A stretch of 26,421 nucleotides of DNA from an uncultured Candidatus Electrothrix sp. (GCA_965363745.1 CBDTVG010000001.1:1-26421), one strand, 5' to 3'. Counted from the stretch's first letter, positions 17,042 through 26,367 are shown. The notes: generated by a model not told the origin, from the letters alone. Translations and numbers: made by a program.

Positions 17042-20000
17042 AACACATTGAAGCCCTGTTGGACAGGTTAAATCAACAAGATATCAGTTTATGGCTAGAA
17101 GAGGATAAACTGCGATATCGTACGCCCAAAGGGGGTCTGACCGGTTCATTAAAAAAAGAACTCAGAACTCATAAAGCTGATTTTATTGTCTTTTTAAAAA
17201 GGAAGCGGCAGGAGGAGGCAGTCATAGTTGCTGAACCGCTGCCCCAAGTCAAGCCTGATCCAGATGCACAGCATGAGCCATTTCCGTTAAGCGACATTCA
17301 GCAAGCCTATTGGATCGGTCGCCAAAGCCATCTTGAACTGGGGAATCTGGCAACGCAAGTATATCAGGAATGGCGGGTGTCTGATTTGGATATTGCCCGT
17401 CTGAACGAGGCATGGCAAAAGGTGATGGTTCGTCATCCGGTGTTGCGAACCTTGGTGCAGTCGAACGGACAACAAAGAGTGTTGGCTGAAATGCCGGATT
17501 ATCAGATTTCGGCGCTTGATTTACGTCAGGAAAAAACAGTTCAGCAGAAATTGGAAGATGTTCGACAAAGCATGACCGGACATATTTCCCAGGCGGATGA
17601 CTGGCCGTTGTTTGATATTCGTGTAACGCTGATACCAGGCTGGACGCATCTGCATTTCTGCATTGATATGTTAGCGGTTGATACCTGGAGTATCGAACTG
17701 ATTGTAAATGACTGGACTAGATTATATCATCAGCCAGAGCTGGAGTTAGCCCCTCTTGAACTGACTTTTCGGGATTATATGGTGACGGCCAAAGCTTATG
17801 AAGAGAGTTCAGCTTTGTATAAAAGTTCCAGGGACTATTGGCTCAACCGTTTGGACAGCTTGCCTTCTGCCCCTAAACTGCCTTTGTCTCAAGAGATGCA
17901 AGCAATTAAAGTCCCCAAATTTAAATGGTTTGAGAAGCGGCTGGAAGTGCCATTATGGAAGACAGTAAAAGCAAAAGCGGCGGAATACGAGTTACAGCCA
18001 TCCGCGTTATTGCTGGCTGTTTATGCTGAAGCACTGACCCTATGGAGTAAAAGCCCTCATTTCACTCTGAATCAAACCTTTTTTCACCGCTTGCCGTTTC
18101 ACCCGCAAGTTGATCAGGTAGTCGGTGAATTTACTTCGATAATGTTAACCGAGGTAGACAATCGCAGCGAGACAAGTTTTATCCAGCGGGCCAAACAGAT
18201 ACAAACGCAACAGTGGCAGAATTTAGACCATCGTTACTATAGCGGAGTGAAGGTTATTCGTGCGTTAAGCCATCGCGACAATGCGGGAAACGCAGCCTTG
18301 ATGCCGGTGATTTTCACCAACCTGTTAGGTGTGGAATCAACCTCGCATATCGGCTGGGGAGAGCGGGTGCGTCTAATCGGTCAGACTTCGCAGGTCTATC
18401 TGGATCATATCGTGCGCGAAATCGATGGTGAACTGTTCTTGTATTGGAGCGCGGTTGAAAAGCTTTTCCCGGCGGATTTATTGAACGACATGTTTGCCGC
18501 TCAATTACAGTTGTTGGAGCGTCTGGCAACAGAAAAAAATGCCTGGACAGAGTGTCATCCGTTAAGCCTGCCCGGCAAACAACTGGAACAGCGACATGCG
18601 ATTAACGATACCCGGGCCCCAGTCTCTGATGCCTTGCTGCATACCTTATTCATGCGTCAAGCTGCACAGACCCCGAACAATGTCGCAGTGATTGGCATGG
18701 ATAAAACGCTCACTTATCAAGAGCTGCATCAACAGGCCAGTCAGGTGGGGCATTGGCTGCGGGAGCAGGGTGCCAAACCGAATCAGCTAGTTGCCGCGGT
18801 CATAGAAAAAGGCTGGCAGCAGGCAGTTGCGGTCATGGGCATTTTGATGTCAGGCGCAGCCTATTTGCCCATTGACCCGGAACTGCCGACTGAGCGTCAG
18901 CATTATCTGTTAGCGCAGGGGAAAGTCAGCCTGATTTTAACCCAAAATAAATTGAGTCAACAGTTGGTCTGGCCAACTGGGATCAAGCGATTGGCTGTTG
19001 ACAGCCTCGGGGTTTCTGATTTGGCGACATTGCCGGATTTGGAGCCGGTTCAAACGCCAGCCGATTTGGCTTATGTGATTTACACATCAGGTTCAACCGG
19101 AAACCCCAAAGGAGTAATGATTGACCATAGGGGCGCGGTCAATACGATTTTGGATATCAACCAGCGTTTTGGAGTGACGGCCCAAGACCGGGTGCTGGCT
19201 CTCTCGGCCCTGAACTTTGATTTGTCGGTCTATGACATTTTTGGTCTGTTGGCCGTTGGCGGGGCTGTTGTCATGTCGGCCCCCGAGGGACGGCGCGACC
19301 CTTCCCATTGGGTTAAGCTGATGACCGAACATAACGTGACAATGTGGAACACTGTGGCGGCGTTGATGCAAATGCTGGTTGAATATCAGGCCGGACATTC
19401 TGATTTAACCGAATTTGAAACTTCGTCCGATTTACGTTTAGTAATGATGAGCGGCGACTGGATACCGCTTGATTTGCCTGACAAAATTCGGCAGATCTGG
19501 CCGGAGGCCGCTGTGATAAGTTTGGGGGGTGCCACTGAAGCATCCATCTGGTCAATCCATTACCCAGTTGCAAGCGTGGAGCCAGCTTGGAAGAGCATCC
19601 CCTACGGCAAACCGTTAATCAACCAAACTTTCCATGTCTTAAATGAATGTCTGGAATCGTGTCCGGTTTGGACGCCGGGCCAGCTTTATATCGGCGGAAT
19701 CGGTCTGGCTCTGGGCTATTGGCAAGATGAGGAAAAAACCAAGGCCAGTTTTTTTACCCATCCCCGCACCGGAGAACGCTTGTACAAAACAGGTGATCTG
19801 GGCCGCTATCTGCCGGATGGCAATATAGAATTTTTGGGGCGGGAGGATTTTCAGGTTAAGATTCATGGCCATCGCATTGAGTTAGGCGAGATCGAAAGCC
19901 ATCTGCTCAAATATCCGGATATCAAAAATGCCATTGTTGCCGCAGTTGGCGACAGCCGTCATGACAAGCAACTGGTAGCCTATATCGTGCCGGCTGAGAG

Positions 20001-21315
20001 CGGCAGCAATACTGTCGAGACGCAAGCGGTCGATCAAGCCTCCTGTGGATTACAAGTGATGCAAGGGGTTTTAACCGACCCGATAGAACGGCTACAGTTT
20101 AAGTTAAAACAACCCGGCATCCGTCAAGTTGAGACTGCCCGGCCCGAAGTCGCGTTGCCTGAAGCGAATGTCGATGAGACGGTTTATTTGGCCCGGCAAA
20201 GCTATCGCCAGTTTTTGGACGAACCAATTACATTGACCCAGCTCGGTCAGTTGCTCAGTTGCTTAAAACCCCATTCCTTTCCCAATAGCGTCTTGCCCAA
20301 ATATTGGTATGGTTCAGCCGGCAGCCTCTATCCGGTTCAAAGCTATCTGTATGTAAAACCGGATCGTATGGCCGATTTAGCTGGTGGATTTTATTATTAT
20401 CATCCCACAGAGCATAAACTGGTGTTATTGTCATCAGTCATCACTGCCAATCAGGAACTGCACGGCGGAACCAACCGGATTATATTTGAGCAATCAGCTT
20501 TCAGCCTCTTTTTAGTGGCCGAATACCAAGCCATTGATCCGATGTATGGCTCCAGCGCCCGTGATTTCTGTTTGCTGGAAGCGGGCTACATGAGTCAGTT
20601 GTTGATGATGGAAGCTTCTACGTATGATCTGGGGTTGTGTCCCATCGGCGGAATGAATTTTGAACCGTTGCGAGCCGAATTTGGTTTAAGTGACAGTCAG
20701 GAGATGGTGCATAGCTTTCTGGGGGGCGGCATTTCTGCCGGGCAAAAAGAGCAACTGGTTCAAACCGAACCCCAGGATAAATCGCTGGAAGAAGGCTTGA
20801 AAGCCTATTTGAGCCAAAAGTTGCCCCGTTATATGACACCCAATATTTATGTCCGGCTGGCGGAATTGCCCTTAACGGCCAATGGAAAAATCGACCGCAA
20901 GGCTTTGCCTCACCCCGATTTAAGTAGACAAACAGCACAACTGGTCCAGCCGAGCAATGCATTGGAACATCGCCTAGTCGAATTGCTGCAAAAAATAACT
21001 GATGTGGAACAACTTGGCATTACGGATGATTTTTTTGATTTGGGAATCAATTCGCTGGATATGGTGCAACTGTATAATGGAGTTAAAACAGAGTTCCAGC
21101 GAGAGATAACTATGACCGATATTTTTGGCCATGCTACGGTGCAAATGCTGGCTGAATTTCTCAGCCAGGCTTCGGCAATAGCGCCATCCGCTCCATCAGC
21201 CCCAGCCAAGACCGTCCCGGCCTCGGATCTTAACCCGGAACAGATTGACCGGCTTTCAGCCAATTTAGATAATCTTACCGAAGCCGAGGTCGAGCTATTG
21301 CTGGCTAAATTATAG
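17038..21315 (+). CDS. Thiazole-forming NRPS module: docking domain-Cy-A(Cys, embedded oxidase)-T (1425 aa)
   Basis: TubC-N-like N-terminus (ISLWLEEDKLRYRTPKG); Cy motifs PFPLSDIQQAYWIGR and DMLAVDTWS (DxxxxD); A code DLYNMSLIWK (Cys); an FMN oxidase insert between A8 and A9 (RQSYRQF, YGSAGSLYPVQ, EAGYMSQLL) as in EpoB/MtaD; T domain FFDLGINSL. Confidence 0.95.
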   Translation: MKHIEALLDRLNQQDISLWLEEDKLRYRTPKGGLTGSLKKELRTHKADFIVFLKRKRQEEAVIVAEPLPQVKPDPDAQHEPFPLSDIQQAYWIGRQSHLELGNLATQVYQEWRVSDLDIARLNEAWQKVMVRHPVLRTLVQSNGQQRVLAEMPDYQISALDLRQEKTVQQKLEDVRQSMTGHISQADDWPLFDIRVTLIPGWTHLHFCIDMLAVDTWSIELIVNDWTRLYHQPELELAPLELTFRDYMVTAKAYEESSALYKSSRDYWLNRLDSLPSAPKLPLSQEMQAIKVPKFKWFEKRLEVPLWKTVKAKAAEYELQPSALLLAVYAEALTLWSKSPHFTLNQTFFHRLPFHPQVDQVVGEFTSIMLTEVDNRSETSFIQRAKQIQTQQWQNLDHRYYSGVKVIRALSHRDNAGNAALMPVIFTNLLGVESTSHIGWGERVRLIGQTSQVYLDHIVREIDGELFLYWSAVEKLFPADLLNDMFAAQLQLLERLATEKNAWTECHPLSLPGKQLEQRHAINDTRAPVSDALLHTLFMRQAAQTPNNVAVIGMDKTLTYQELHQQASQVGHWLREQGAKPNQLVAAVIEKGWQQAVAVMGILMSGAAYLPIDPELPTERQHYLLAQGKVSLILTQNKLSQQLVWPTGIKRLAVDSLGVSDLATLPDLEPVQTPADLAYVIYTSGSTGNPKGVMIDHRGAVNTILDINQRFGVTAQDRVLALSALNFDLSVYDIFGLLAVGGAVVMSAPEGRRDPSHWVKLMTEHNVTMWNTVAALMQMLVEYQAGHSDLTEFETSSDLRLVMMSGDWIPLDLPDKIRQIWPEAAVISLGGATEASIWSIHYPVASVEPAWKSIPYGKPLINQTFHVLNECLESCPVWTPGQLYIGGIGLALGYWQDEEKTKASFFTHPRTGERLYKTGDLGRYLPDGNIEFLGREDFQVKIHGHRIELGEIESHLLKYPDIKNAIVAAVGDSRHDKQLVAYIVPAESGSNTVETQAVDQASCGLQVMQGVLTDPIERLQFKLKQPGIRQVETARPEVALPEANVDETVYLARQSYRQFLDEPITLTQLGQLLSCLKPHSFPNSVLPKYWYGSAGSLYPVQSYLYVKPDRMADLAGGFYYYHPTEHKLVLLSSVITANQELHGGTNRIIFEQSAFSLFLVAEYQAIDPMYGSSARDFCLLEAGYMSQLLMMEASTYDLGLCPIGGMNFEPLRAEFGLSDSQEMVHSFLGGGISAGQKEQLVQTEPQDKSLEEGLKAYLSQKLPRYMTPNIYVRLAELPLTANGKIDRKALPHPDLSRQTAQLVQPSNALEHRLVELLQKITDVEQLGITDDFFDLGINSLDMVQLYNGVKTEFQREITMTDIFGHATVQMLAEFLSQASAIAPSAPSAPAKTVPASDLNPEQIDRLSANLDNLTEAEVELLLAKL

Positions 21316-21335
21316 ATTTTCAGATAAATACTTTT

Positions 21336-21430
21336 GGCATGCTTCATATCCACCCAAAAGTAGTTGACGGCACTGGTTCCGGTTGTACTGGCGATGCGTA
21401 GTTTAAGAAATAAATCCGGCATCAGGTGCC
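21336..21430. mobile_element. MITE-family remnant, possibly chimeric
   Basis: 21336-21368 matches the left end of the 8796 element (29/33 by eye). It then diverges and ends in GTTTAAGAAATAAATCCGGCATCAGGTGCC, whose reverse complement also starts GGCA. There is no matching target duplication, so the right boundary is uncertain. Confidence 0.6.
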
Positions 21431-21454
21431 ACAATTCAAATTAGCAGATAAGAC

Positions 21455-24400
21455 ATGGATAATTATACTAACACTCGAATTAATGATGATAATAAAAAAG
21501 TATCTCTTACAAAAGATATAAACCCAAATAAAACATTCAGTTGTTTTGTTGTCGGTGAAACAAGCTTACTGATTCGCTGTGTAGAGCATTTGTTACAGCA
21601 AGGGCATATCGTTCAGGGTATCCTTTCTAAGGATACTAAAGTCAATGTATGGGCAAACCGGCAGGGTATGACTTGCTTTAAGAATGAGCAATTGTGGCTT
21701 GCCGCACTTCAACAGCAAGAATTTGATTACTTGTTCAGTATTGTCAATTTCTGGATGATACCTTCTGAAATATTGGCACTGCCTCGCAAAGGAGCAATTA
21801 ATTATCATGATTCACCCCTACCTCGCTATGCAGGTGTGAATGCAACAGTGCATGCTTTACGTCACAATGAAACGCGTCACGCGATCAGTTGGCATGAAAT
21901 AACCGAAGGTATTGATACGGGAGACATTCTCCAACAAGCATGGTTTGATATATTGCCCGATGATACGGCTCTGACTTTGAATCTACGGTGTTATGAAGCC
22001 GCTTTCAGTGCATTTACTGAGCTAGTTCAGGCATTGACCGTGGAGACTGTCAATCCCATCAAACAAAACTTGACCGAACGTAGCTATTATGGACGTTGGG
22101 ATCGACCGGAAGCAGCTTGTGTCTTGAATTGGCAAAAGACGGCTGAACAGCTTGACGCACTGATACGTGCTTTGAATATGGGTGCCTATAGTAATACAGT
22201 CGGATTGCCTAAGTGTCTGATTGGGGGAAGTGTATTCATTCCGTCAGAAACTGAAGTATTGGCAACGGCTTCGACACAAGCACCCGGCACCTTGCTGGCG
22301 ATCACCGATACTGCCATTCAAATAGCAACGGGCAGTCAGAATTTAGCAATACACCAGTTATTATCCATGGAAGGCGAATCATTGCCGGCCGCCGAGTGGA
22401 TGCGGCGTTGTGATGTGCAAGCAGGACAAGCGTTGCCAAACATCAATGCGGAACAAATCCAAAAGCTGAGTCAGCGGGATAAGCGTTACTGTCGTCACGA
22501 ATCCTACTGGATAGAGCAATTATCAGCGGTGAGACCGGTCAGTTTGCCCCATCATCGAGCCATGCTGGCTGACGAGACCGGCTTGCCCCCTTATACGCAG
22601 ATTCGTTTCCCCCAAACATGCGATGCCGTTTTTCTCACTTTAAGCTTTGCCGTGTTGCTGGCGCGGTTCAGTCAATCTTATACATTAACCTTAGGCTTTA
22701 GCAGTCCGGCATTACGTCAGGACATTGCCGGATATGAACATTATTTTGCTGAACAAATACCGCTTAATTTACAGATCGAAGCACAGCAAACGTTTTCAGA
22801 AATGCTGCAATCGGTTCGTAAACAGTTAGATGAACTTCACAATAAAGGCACTTATTTAGTTGACTTGATTTTGCGCGACCCCATGCTGACCGCCCCCAAT
22901 GGTTTGTTTTCCATCGCCTGGGTTGAGTCGGCGCAAGACTCGTTACTGCAACAACGCGGTGAGAATGTGCTCTTAATTGAGACGACGGAGGCTTGTTGTT
23001 ATTGGCCGGCGGCTTGGCGCTATTTAGCAACACATTTTCAGCAGTTGATCAACGCAATTATTCAATATCCGGATACCCCGCTGTATCAATTGCCATTATT
23101 GGATAAACAAGCAATACAGCAGGTGCAAGCTTGGAACAACACCGCAACGGATTATCCACAAGACCAAACCATTGTTGATTTGTTTGAACAACAAGCAGAG
23201 AAAACACCTGATAATATTGCGGTTATTTTTGAGGGACAACATCTTAGCTATTCGCAACTCAACGACAAGGCTAATCAGCTGGGACACTATTTACTCAGTC
23301 TCAAGAGTCATGATGGTACGGTTTTATTAGCTGATAATCCTTTAATTGCTATTGCCATGGAACGTTCATTGGAAATGGTGATTGGGCTATTGGGCATCCT
23401 TAAAGCTGGCGGTGCTTATGTACCTATCGATCCCGGCTATCCAGCGGATCGTATTCGTTATATGCTGACTCACAGTGCCGCCCCGTTGTTATTCACTCAA
23501 AGCGGTCTGAAAGCACAATTGCCGTTAGATAAGTTGGATTGTGTCGTGGTATACCCGGACGACGCGAATTTTGAAAACCAGCCGCTTGAGAATCCGGCTG
23601 TAAGTATCCAACCTGCTGATTTAGCTTATGTCATTTATACTTCAGGGTCGACCGGGAAACCTAAGGGAGTGATGATTGAGCAACACAATTTGTCAAATTT
23701 CTTGTTGGATATGCAGCAACGCACGGGAATAACCGCAAACGACAAGCTGTTAGCCGTGACCACGTTGTCATTTGATATTGCCGCCTTAGAACTCTACCTA
23801 CCACTTATTTCAGGCAGTCTCCTGCACCTTGCGACCAGAGAGACCGCAATTGATGGTTTTACCTTGCAACAACAAATGGTAAAACACGATGTCAGCTTCA
23901 TGCAGGCCACGCCGGCTACATGGCAGCTTTTGAAGCACAGTGGCTGGCAAGCAGACACCCACACCCCCTTAAACACTCTTTGCGGCGGTGAAGCGCTCTC
24001 CCCGGAACTGGCGAATTATATGTTAGAAAACGGCAGACGTTTATGGAATGTCTATGGGCCGACTGAAACTACTATTTGGTCCTCAGCCTATGAGATTAAA
24101 ACGGTCTTATATGCCAATCCTTCAATCGGTCAACCCATCGCCAACACCCGCGTTTACATCCTAGACGATCAACGCCAACCCCTGCCGCCAGGCATCCCCG
24201 GTGAGCTGTGCATTGCCGGCAGAGGTTTGGCACGCGGCTACCTCAATCGTCCCGAGCTTACCGCCGAGAAATTTATTGAAGTCGAATTATTCGGCAAAAC
24301 CGAGCGTATTTACAAAACCGGCGACTTGGCCCTATGGCGACCCGACGGCTGCATCGAATGTTTGGGGCGTCTCGACCATCAAGTCAAACTAAGGGGGTTT

Positions 24401-26359
24401 CGCATTGAATTGGGTGAAATTGAATCCGTAATTAATCAACACCAAGCGATCAAAGAAGCCGTGGTAATACTGTATGAGGCGGATAACAATAAACGCTTGG
24501 CGGCTTACATTTCAGTGATCAGTGAAGCAGAGGGGAATTCCATGACCTCTAACGGTTCACTGATAAGCGAATTAGGGGAGTGGCTGAAAGACAGACTGCC
24601 CGCTTACATGATTCCCAGTAATTTTAATATCCTCGAACGCTTGCCACTGACTCCTAATGGCAAAATTGACCGTAAAGCCTTGCCGACCCCAAAATCGAAT
24701 TTGACTGATGCTTATGAAGCGCCACGCAACGACATCGAACAACAATTAGCCAAAGTCTGGAATCGTCTTTTCAAGCATAATAAGATTGGCATTCATGATG
24801 ACTTCTTTCATCTGGGTGGCGATTCCATTCTTAGTATTCAGATGGTCGCCTACGCCAGTCAGGCTGGCTTACAACTCACAGTGCGTGACTTATTTAAGCA
24901 TCATACGATTGCCGAGTTAGCGCAAGACCTGATTAGTCAAAGTGGCAAACCTAGTGTTACACCATCCGTCACCATAGTGGAAATTCCGGAGGGGAAAGTT
25001 CAAGTTTTGGAGCCCCGATCCGACGAAGGCAACATTCCGCTCTCTTTTATACAAGATCGGATGTGGTTACATCAAACATCAAACCCCAGCAGCTGCTTTT
25101 ACAATATTTCACACAGGTTCCGTCTCACTGGAAAACTTAATATAGCGGTATTACAACAAAGTTTCAATGAGATTATTAACCGCCATGAAATACTGCGTAC
25201 AATTTTTCCGGTGGTGGATGGTTCTCCGGTACAGTCAATTTCTCCGGCTTCCACTGTCAATATATCAATAAATGATTTACAAGATTTGTCGGAAAAAGCA
25301 CAGTTTGACGCAGTAAAAAGACTGATCGAGGAGATTCAGCAGCGTTCCTTTGATGTGATCAAAGGGCCCTTGATGCGTGTAATATTAATACGGCTGGAGG
25401 AACAGTCTCACATCCTCTTGTTTGAGGCACACCATATCATCTTTGATATCGTGTCCGAAAAGATACTTTTCAAAGAGTTGGGTATATTCTACAAGGCCAT
25501 CTTATCCGGCGAATCTTCACCATTGCCAGCTCTGCCTATACAATATGCAGACTATGCCGTGTGGCAACACCGGTCTATCACCCCGGAGGCACTGGAGACC
25601 AAACTCAATTATTGGAAACAATGGTTGGCGAAGGGAGAACCGCCGCCGTTAGCGTTTTCCCCCGACAAGCAAGTGCCAGTACCGACTTTCCGCGCTGGCA
25701 CTGTGTACTATCAGCTTCCTTCTGAATTGGTTAAAAAGCTCAAAAGCTTAAGCCAGCGGACGGGAACCACGTTATTTACGACGATACTGACAGCCTTCGC
25801 TGCGTTACTCTGCCGTTACAGTGGCTGTCAAGACATTGTGGTGGGTTCTCCCTTCGTCAACCGTAGCCACTGGAAGCTCGAACAACTCATCGGCTATATC
25901 GGCAATTCGCTGTTGTTGCGTATCGATATCAGTGGAAATCCCGCTTTTTCTAACTTACTGAGTCAAGTACAACAGGTCGTGCTTGCGGCCATAACTAACC
26001 AGGATCTGCCATTTGAGCAAATGGAGAAAATCTTACAGCCAAAATCTAAGCGTGATGCTCCCTTGTCCAAAACATTTATAAGCTTTTTTCCGGAGGCGCC
26101 ACCCGAAAAATTAAAATTACCGGATATGACAATGACTTCTATGCCGTTAGAGCCGTTAGTGACCGGGCTGGATCTATTCCTGATAATATGGGAAAAAAAG
26201 ACTCCATCAGAGACATTTTTGCAGGGGTTTTGGCGATATAACCAGGATATATTTGATGCGGAGACTGTCGTTCGGATGACGGAGAATTTTCAAGCAGTAT
26301 TGGAGGCGGTTGCCACAGAACCTTCGTTGTCAGTGGAGGGATTGCCTATGTCGTTATAG
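21455..26359 (+). CDS. NRPS initiation module: formyltransferase-A(Gly)-T-C (1634 aa)
   Basis: F domain DYLFSIVN, INYHDSPLPRYAG and WHEITEGIDTGDIL; A cores YTSGSTGKPKG, NVYGPTE, YKTGDL, NGKIDR; code DILQLGVIWK (Gly); T domain FFHLGGDSI; C-terminal C domain PLSFIQDRMW, AHHIIFDIVS and QYADYAVWQ. Confidence 0.93.
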   Translation: MDNYTNTRINDDNKKVSLTKDINPNKTFSCFVVGETSLLIRCVEHLLQQGHIVQGILSKDTKVNVWANRQGMTCFKNEQLWLAALQQQEFDYLFSIVNFWMIPSEILALPRKGAINYHDSPLPRYAGVNATVHALRHNETRHAISWHEITEGIDTGDILQQAWFDILPDDTALTLNLRCYEAAFSAFTELVQALTVETVNPIKQNLTERSYYGRWDRPEAACVLNWQKTAEQLDALIRALNMGAYSNTVGLPKCLIGGSVFIPSETEVLATASTQAPGTLLAITDTAIQIATGSQNLAIHQLLSMEGESLPAAEWMRRCDVQAGQALPNINAEQIQKLSQRDKRYCRHESYWIEQLSAVRPVSLPHHRAMLADETGLPPYTQIRFPQTCDAVFLTLSFAVLLARFSQSYTLTLGFSSPALRQDIAGYEHYFAEQIPLNLQIEAQQTFSEMLQSVRKQLDELHNKGTYLVDLILRDPMLTAPNGLFSIAWVESAQDSLLQQRGENVLLIETTEACCYWPAAWRYLATHFQQLINAIIQYPDTPLYQLPLLDKQAIQQVQAWNNTATDYPQDQTIVDLFEQQAEKTPDNIAVIFEGQHLSYSQLNDKANQLGHYLLSLKSHDGTVLLADNPLIAIAMERSLEMVIGLLGILKAGGAYVPIDPGYPADRIRYMLTHSAAPLLFTQSGLKAQLPLDKLDCVVVYPDDANFENQPLENPAVSIQPADLAYVIYTSGSTGKPKGVMIEQHNLSNFLLDMQQRTGITANDKLLAVTTLSFDIAALELYLPLISGSLLHLATRETAIDGFTLQQQMVKHDVSFMQATPATWQLLKHSGWQADTHTPLNTLCGGEALSPELANYMLENGRRLWNVYGPTETTIWSSAYEIKTVLYANPSIGQPIANTRVYILDDQRQPLPPGIPGELCIAGRGLARGYLNRPELTAEKFIEVELFGKTERIYKTGDLALWRPDGCIECLGRLDHQVKLRGFRIELGEIESVINQHQAIKEAVVILYEADNNKRLAAYISVISEAEGNSMTSNGSLISELGEWLKDRLPAYMIPSNFNILERLPLTPNGKIDRKALPTPKSNLTDAYEAPRNDIEQQLAKVWNRLFKHNKIGIHDDFFHLGGDSILSIQMVAYASQAGLQLTVRDLFKHHTIAELAQDLISQSGKPSVTPSVTIVEIPEGKVQVLEPRSDEGNIPLSFIQDRMWLHQTSNPSSCFYNISHRFRLTGKLNIAVLQQSFNEIINRHEILRTIFPVVDGSPVQSISPASTVNISINDLQDLSEKAQFDAVKRLIEEIQQRSFDVIKGPLMRVILIRLEEQSHILLFEAHHIIFDIVSEKILFKELGIFYKAILSGESSPLPALPIQYADYAVWQHRSITPEALETKLNYWKQWLAKGEPPPLAFSPDKQVPVPTFRAGTVYYQLPSELVKKLKSLSQRTGTTLFTTILTAFAALLCRYSGCQDIVVGSPFVNRSHWKLEQLIGYIGNSLLLRIDISGNPAFSNLLSQVQQVVLAAITNQDLPFEQMEKILQPKSKRDAPLSKTFISFFPEAPPEKLKLPDMTMTSMPLEPLVTGLDLFLIIWEKKTPSETFLQGFWRYNQDIFDAETVVRMTENFQAVLEAVATEPSLSVEGLPMSL

Positions 26360-26367
26360 CGAATTGT

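Noticed and set aside
21178..21207. Short APS-APS-APA repeat near the end of the Cys NRPS
   Set aside because: It is an ordinary low-complexity linker between the T domain and the docking helix.
9027..25652. Many 60-174 aa ORFs inside the PKS and NRPS genes, including 20910-21434 and 15824-16309
   Set aside because: They are shadow ORFs; 20910-21434 starts within a repeat element and runs antisense to the T domain.
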